A stretch of DNA of 64,000 nt from Candidatus Marinacidobacterales bacterium (lineage in GTDB: Bacteria > Acidobacteriota > Vicinamibacteria > Marinacidobacterales > DATDRI01): the NCBI GenBank assembly GCA_965219415.1, contig CBDCNP010000002.1:1280001-1344000 (forward strand). The letters run 5' to 3'. Below the pieces are notes generated by a model, which saw only the letters and a program-made list of their open reading frames with translations, searched no databases and had not been told where the DNA came from. The translations under genes and the position numbers were made by a program. Shown here piece by piece: positions 60,459 to 64,000 of the stretch. Numbering within the stretch: position 1 is the first letter of the stretch; each line of letters opens with the position of its first letter.

Positions 60459-61856
60459 ATGGAGAATCCTGAAAACTACAAGGCGATCGTCATCGGTACT
60501 GGTCAAGCGGGAAAACCATTGGCCGGGAGCCTAGCGCGGGCGGGATGGAAAACCGCCATTATCGAGCGCGAAGACAAAGTGGGAGGCACCTGCGTCATTA
60601 AAGGCTGTACGCCTACTAAAACCATGGTCGCCAGTGCCCGGGTCGCCCACGTGGCCCGGCGGGCCGCCGATTACGGTGTTCGTGCCTCATCCGTGGCGGT
60701 TGATATGGTCCGCGTCCGCGAGCGCAAACGCGAGATCGTAGATCTGTTCAGCGGCGGCGGCCGTCGAGAACTCGAAAAACTGGAGCATCTGGATCTCGTT
60801 TTCGGCCACGCGCGCTTCACCGGTCCAAAGGAGATCGAAGTCGCCCCCCCAGATGGAAGCCTCCGGCGACTCACGGCGGAGAAGATCTTCATCAATACTG
60901 GCCTTCGCCCGCTGATCCCAGATATTCCCGGGTTGAAGGACCTCCCCTATCTCGACTCCACGTCGATCATGGAATTGGATTCCGTGCCCGAGCATTTACT
61001 CGTCCTAGGGGCCGGTTATATCGCTCTCGAATTCGGGCAGATGTTCCGCCGCTTCGGAAGCAAGGTGACGATCCTCCAACGGTCCGAGCGGCTACTCTCG
61101 CGTGAGGACCCCGACGTCGCGCAGGAGATCGCGAGCATTCTAGAAGATGAGGGTATTGACGTTAGGCTGAAAACCACGGCAACACGATTCGAACGAGACG
61201 GCGAGGGTCACATCGTCGCAACGGTGGAAAGCGCACAAAGACAGGAGACCGTTCGCGCGACCCAGCTGCTGGTCGCGGTGGGACGCGCCTCCAACGCCGA
61301 CCGTCTGAGCCTCGAGGCGGCGGGGATCCGGGTCGACGAGCGGGGCTATATCTCGGTCAACGAGCGCTTGGAGACCAACGTGCCGGGAGTGTACTGCCTG
61401 GGCGACGCCAACGGAGGTCCGGCGTTCACACATATCTCCTACGACGACTATCGCATCATTCGGGACAATCTTCTCGAAGAGGCCGACGCAACCACCAAAG
61501 GCCGATTCGTGCCCTATACCGTCTTCATCGACCCGGAGTTGGGTCGCGTCGGGCTGACCGAGGAACAAGCCAAATCCCAAGGGATCAACGTACGAGTGGC
61601 GAAACTCCCGATGACTCGAGTTGCGCGGGCGCTCGAATCCGACGAGACCCGTGGATTCATGAAGGCTCTGGTGGATCCGGAGAGCCGACAAATACTGGGA
61701 TGCGCGATCCTAGGCGTTCACGGTGGCGAGGTCATGTCGGTCTTGCAGGTGGCGATGATGGGAAAGCTGCCGTACACAGCTATTAAGGAAGGCACCTTCG
61801 CCCACCCGACGTTAGCCGAATCTCTCAACAACCTCTTTATGACTCTAGACGGTTAG
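60459..61856 (+). CDS. Pyridine nucleotide-disulfide oxidoreductase (MerA/RclA-like, no C-terminal Cys pair)
   Basis: GTGQAG, GGTCVIKGCTPTK, GAGYIALE and HPTLAE motifs; start ATG 60459 after AAAGGA. Confidence 0.88.
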   Translation: MENPENYKAIVIGTGQAGKPLAGSLARAGWKTAIIEREDKVGGTCVIKGCTPTKTMVASARVAHVARRAADYGVRASSVAVDMVRVRERKREIVDLFSGGGRRELEKLEHLDLVFGHARFTGPKEIEVAPPDGSLRRLTAEKIFINTGLRPLIPDIPGLKDLPYLDSTSIMELDSVPEHLLVLGAGYIALEFGQMFRRFGSKVTILQRSERLLSREDPDVAQEIASILEDEGIDVRLKTTATRFERDGEGHIVATVESAQRQETVRATQLLVAVGRASNADRLSLEAAGIRVDERGYISVNERLETNVPGVYCLGDANGGPAFTHISYDDYRIIRDNLLEEADATTKGRFVPYTVFIDPELGRVGLTEEQAKSQGINVRVAKLPMTRVARALESDETRGFMKALVDPESRQILGCAILGVHGGEVMSVLQVAMMGKLPYTAIKEGTFAHPTLAESLNNLFMTLDG

Positions 61857-61859
61857 TGC

Positions 61860-62404
61860 CTAACGGCTCCACCACCAACTCGGCGGGCGCCGTGTGCCAC
61901 CACCCAGGATCGAGTCGAGCCACAGCATGGGCCTTCTCAGGAACGAGCCCATCAGCCGGAAGCGCAATCGGTTCACCCAACGCGGGTAGTCCCGATTGTA
62001 AGGACAGACCCTCAAGCAAATGGAGCAATCGGTGACCTGCTTCACCCAAAAACTGAAACACTTCTCCGCGTCGGTCGTCCATTTCTTGACGCCCCGTATG
62101 TTGGATCGGTTGTAGATCCGCTCCGACGGGTCGTCGCTTGTAATCGCCTGAGGCGGACACTCGCTGCTGCATCGACGGCACACGTTGCAAAATTCCTCAA
62201 CCCCGAACCTTCTCGGCTTGTCGTGAGCCAGCGGCAGATCGGTAAACACCTTGCCGATTCGGAGGCGCGGGATCGGCTGAAGATGTCCTCTTTTTGACTA
62301 AATCGCCGGAATTCCTCTGTCACCTCGAACCGCGCCTCCTCGTCCGTGGTACAGGCCGGCCGGCACGTGACGCACTCCGCCTGATGCGCCTGACGCTTGG
62401 TCAT
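61860..62404 (-). pseudogene. Internally deleted reductive-dehalogenase-like (RdhA/QueG superfamily) gene
   Basis: The N-terminus ...FRRFSQKEDIFSRS is fused out of frame at ~62270 to PRLRIGKVFTDLPL...FCNVCRRCSSECP...KKW...C...DCSICLRVCPYN (two 4Fe-4S motifs). The middle domain is absent. Confidence 0.75.
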
Positions 62405-63135
62405 GTCAATGAATCGAGCCCGGTCTCGGGCCGCTCCCGATCGAGGATGGTTGTCACTGTTTCGCCACCGCCATGTCGCTGGATCAGCTCGGCGAGCTCC
62501 TCGACCGCTGCTTCGAGCTCGACGCTACCGGCAGGGCCGACCGGGCCGACCGGTGGCAGCGATTCGATGACCAGAACCGCCCTCTGAGTCTCCTCCGTCA
62601 GTTTGGTTCGTTCGGCTTCCTTCCAGTTCCACCGCCGGCAGATCGCGCCACGATCATCTTTGTAAATGACCTCACCGGCCAACGGCGAGCGCTCCTCGGC
62701 CTCTCCGAGTAGTTTCACCGGAACCTCGTTATCGCCGGCGCGGATAAGGATGATGTCTCCCTCGATGCGGTCGAGATCCTCTCCGCCCACTGGCACGATG
62801 TGACGAAGCGATACGACGTTGTAAACATCGACCAGCTTGTTAATCGACCTCAGCGTATCGCCCTTGCGGGCGCGTCGGGCGAGGCTTTCGATCGAGGAAT
62901 GGTGCTTCTTCGGTTTGGCGCCGAACTTGCGGTAGGCCTCCCGCCAGGGGGCGATGCGAGGATGCTCGGTGACGCTGCCCTCTCGAAAGGATTCGACCAA
63001 CGCGGCCTCCGCCTCGCGCAATTTGGACGTGATGGCTGGATCGCTGCCGTGATTTTTCAACCCATGGGCGGTCACGACTCCGATCCGCACCTCGGGGAAA
63101 TCTTCGAAAATCGTAGGAGCGATACGAAACTGCAA
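62401..63135 (-). CDS. B3/B4-domain (PheRS beta-related) protein
   Basis: WREAYRKFG, SSIESL, INKLVDVYNVVSL, GGEDLD and CRRWNWKE motifs. Confidence 0.88.
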   Translation of the reverse strand: MQFRIAPTIFEDFPEVRIGVVTAHGLKNHGSDPAITSKLREAEAALVESFREGSVTEHPRIAPWREAYRKFGAKPKKHHSSIESLARRARKGDTLRSINKLVDVYNVVSLRHIVPVGGEDLDRIEGDIILIRAGDNEVPVKLLGEAEERSPLAGEVIYKDDRGAICRRWNWKEAERTKLTEETQRAVLVIESLPPVGPVGPAGSVELEAAVEELAELIQRHGGGETVTTILDRERPETGLDSLT

Positions 63136-63195
63136 TGCGGATTCCTGGTTCGGCGCTAGCGCGCCCGGACTCGTTCGAGATTGGGTAGCAGCGGC

Positions 63196-63690
63196 TCAGT
63201 CTTTTTGGCTGCGCGCACGCCGCATGGCGGAGTCGACACCCGCGCTCTCTTCGAGAGGAAGATGCTGATCCTCGGTACCATAAAGATAGGAGTTGTCTCT
63301 CATCGACTCGATCGCGACGAGCAGATCACGTCGAGTGACCAGTCCGACGACATGCCCCCCGTCATCCAAGACTGGCATTCTTCGAAACGATCTTTCCAGG
63401 AAACGAGTCACGATGTCGTAGATGCTGGTGTCCATCTTCACGGTCTCGACCGGGCTGGTCATATAGCCGGCCACCGTGCCCTGGGGCAACCCATCGAAGG
63501 CCTCGGCGGTCAGAATTCTAAGGCAGTCCTTTTCGGACAGCATGCCGACGAGAGTGCCCCGGCGATCGACCACCGGCGCACCGGAGAGCCTTTTCTTCAA
63601 CAAGGTGCGCATGGCGGAATAGATGTTGTCTTCCGGCGTGAGCGTCACGACCAGCGGACTCATGATGTCAGCGGCAGTGGGTCCCGGCAT
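63196..63690 (-). CDS. CBS-domain pair protein
   Basis: ADIMS...SGAPVVD...GMLSEKDCL and RRMPVLD...GLVTRRDLL repeats. Confidence 0.88.
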   Translation of the reverse strand: MPGPTAADIMSPLVVTLTPEDNIYSAMRTLLKKRLSGAPVVDRRGTLVGMLSEKDCLRILTAEAFDGLPQGTVAGYMTSPVETVKMDTSIYDIVTRFLERSFRRMPVLDDGGHVVGLVTRRDLLVAIESMRDNSYLYGTEDQHLPLEESAGVDSAMRRARSQKD

Positions 63691-63844
63691 TATCGCCCCC
63701 CTTTTTCGGGTAGTGGTTGGGGTGACATCGATGGTAATTCGAGGATGGGTTCCGTGGCAAGCGGGTTTTGAGGCCGGGCCCGCGCTCCGTCATAACCAAT
63801 TGACGAAGTTGGTGTTAACTCGATTCGCCGTCACCCACTTTCTT

Positions 63845-63873
63845 TTGCACCCCCTCGAGGATTCGTCTAGACT
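63845..63873 (+). promoter_or_regulatory. Possible sigma70 promoter
   Basis: TTGCAC-N17-TAGACT upstream of the ATG at 63942. Confidence 0.5.
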
Positions 63874-63941
63874 GACGGGCATCGAGAGCCGCCTGCTCGC
63901 ACCTGCGATTTTCTCCAATCTCGAAAACAGGAGGAGTATCA

Positions 63942-64000
63942 ATGAAGAGAATCAGCCTGCTCAGTTTTTTTGCCCTCGCCCTGTTCGTCGTCGCACTCGC
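63942..64000 (+). CDS. 5' end of a secreted protein (partial)
   Basis: AGGAGGAG RBS followed by MKRISLLSFFALALFVVAL, running off the window edge. Confidence 0.7.
   Translation, partial: MKRISLLSFFALALFVVAL

Noticed and set aside
60459-61856. Calling the reductase merA
   Set aside because: It lacks the C-terminal Cys pair and any mer operon context.
1-64000. CRISPR arrays, tRNA/rRNA genes, IS elements, integron attC sites
   Set aside because: None was recognised by eye in the intergenic regions; a covariance-model search would be needed to exclude small RNAs.

Overview
GC-rich bacterial window. Its gene content is suggestive of Acidobacteriota or a similar environmental lineage, but that is inference. 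It opens with a sarcosine oxidase operon (soxB-D-A-G). A ~32 kb block follows that is dominated by three paralogous ~1400-aa secreted proteins, each with a C-terminal M14 zinc-peptidase-like domain. The block also holds a signal-peptide-bearing M42 aminopeptidase and two closely related DUF5916/CBM9-like outer-membrane proteins. The two DUF5916 genes are direct repeats ~12.1 kb apart. They bracket a catabolic cluster resembling itaconate/methylsuccinate degradation genes (MmgE/PrpD, acyl-CoA dehydrogenase, CaiB CoA-transferase, MaoC hydratase, CitE-like lyase), which is interrupted by a ThDP enzyme, an aldehyde dehydrogenase and a split ComDE-like decarboxylase. An HNH endonuclease with its own AT-rich promoter sits between two of the giant genes. 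The right half holds a PilZ protein, a broken Ser/Thr kinase-DnaJ-TPR fusion, 5-oxoprolinase, a complete Rrf2-regulated suf operon with a perfect 13-1-13 operator, a DUF305-LVIVD protein, a DUF1611/PLP-racemase pair, zwf, a HAD phosphatase and a disulfide reductase. Several decayed genes are also present (cytochrome c, an internally deleted reductive-dehalogenase-like gene, an ORF6N-like remnant). No rRNA, tRNA, CRISPR array or transposase was recognised. The best candidate for an undescribed system is the giant M14-like / DUF5916 / M42 cell-envelope module. All family assignments come from motif recognition by eye; no database search was run.
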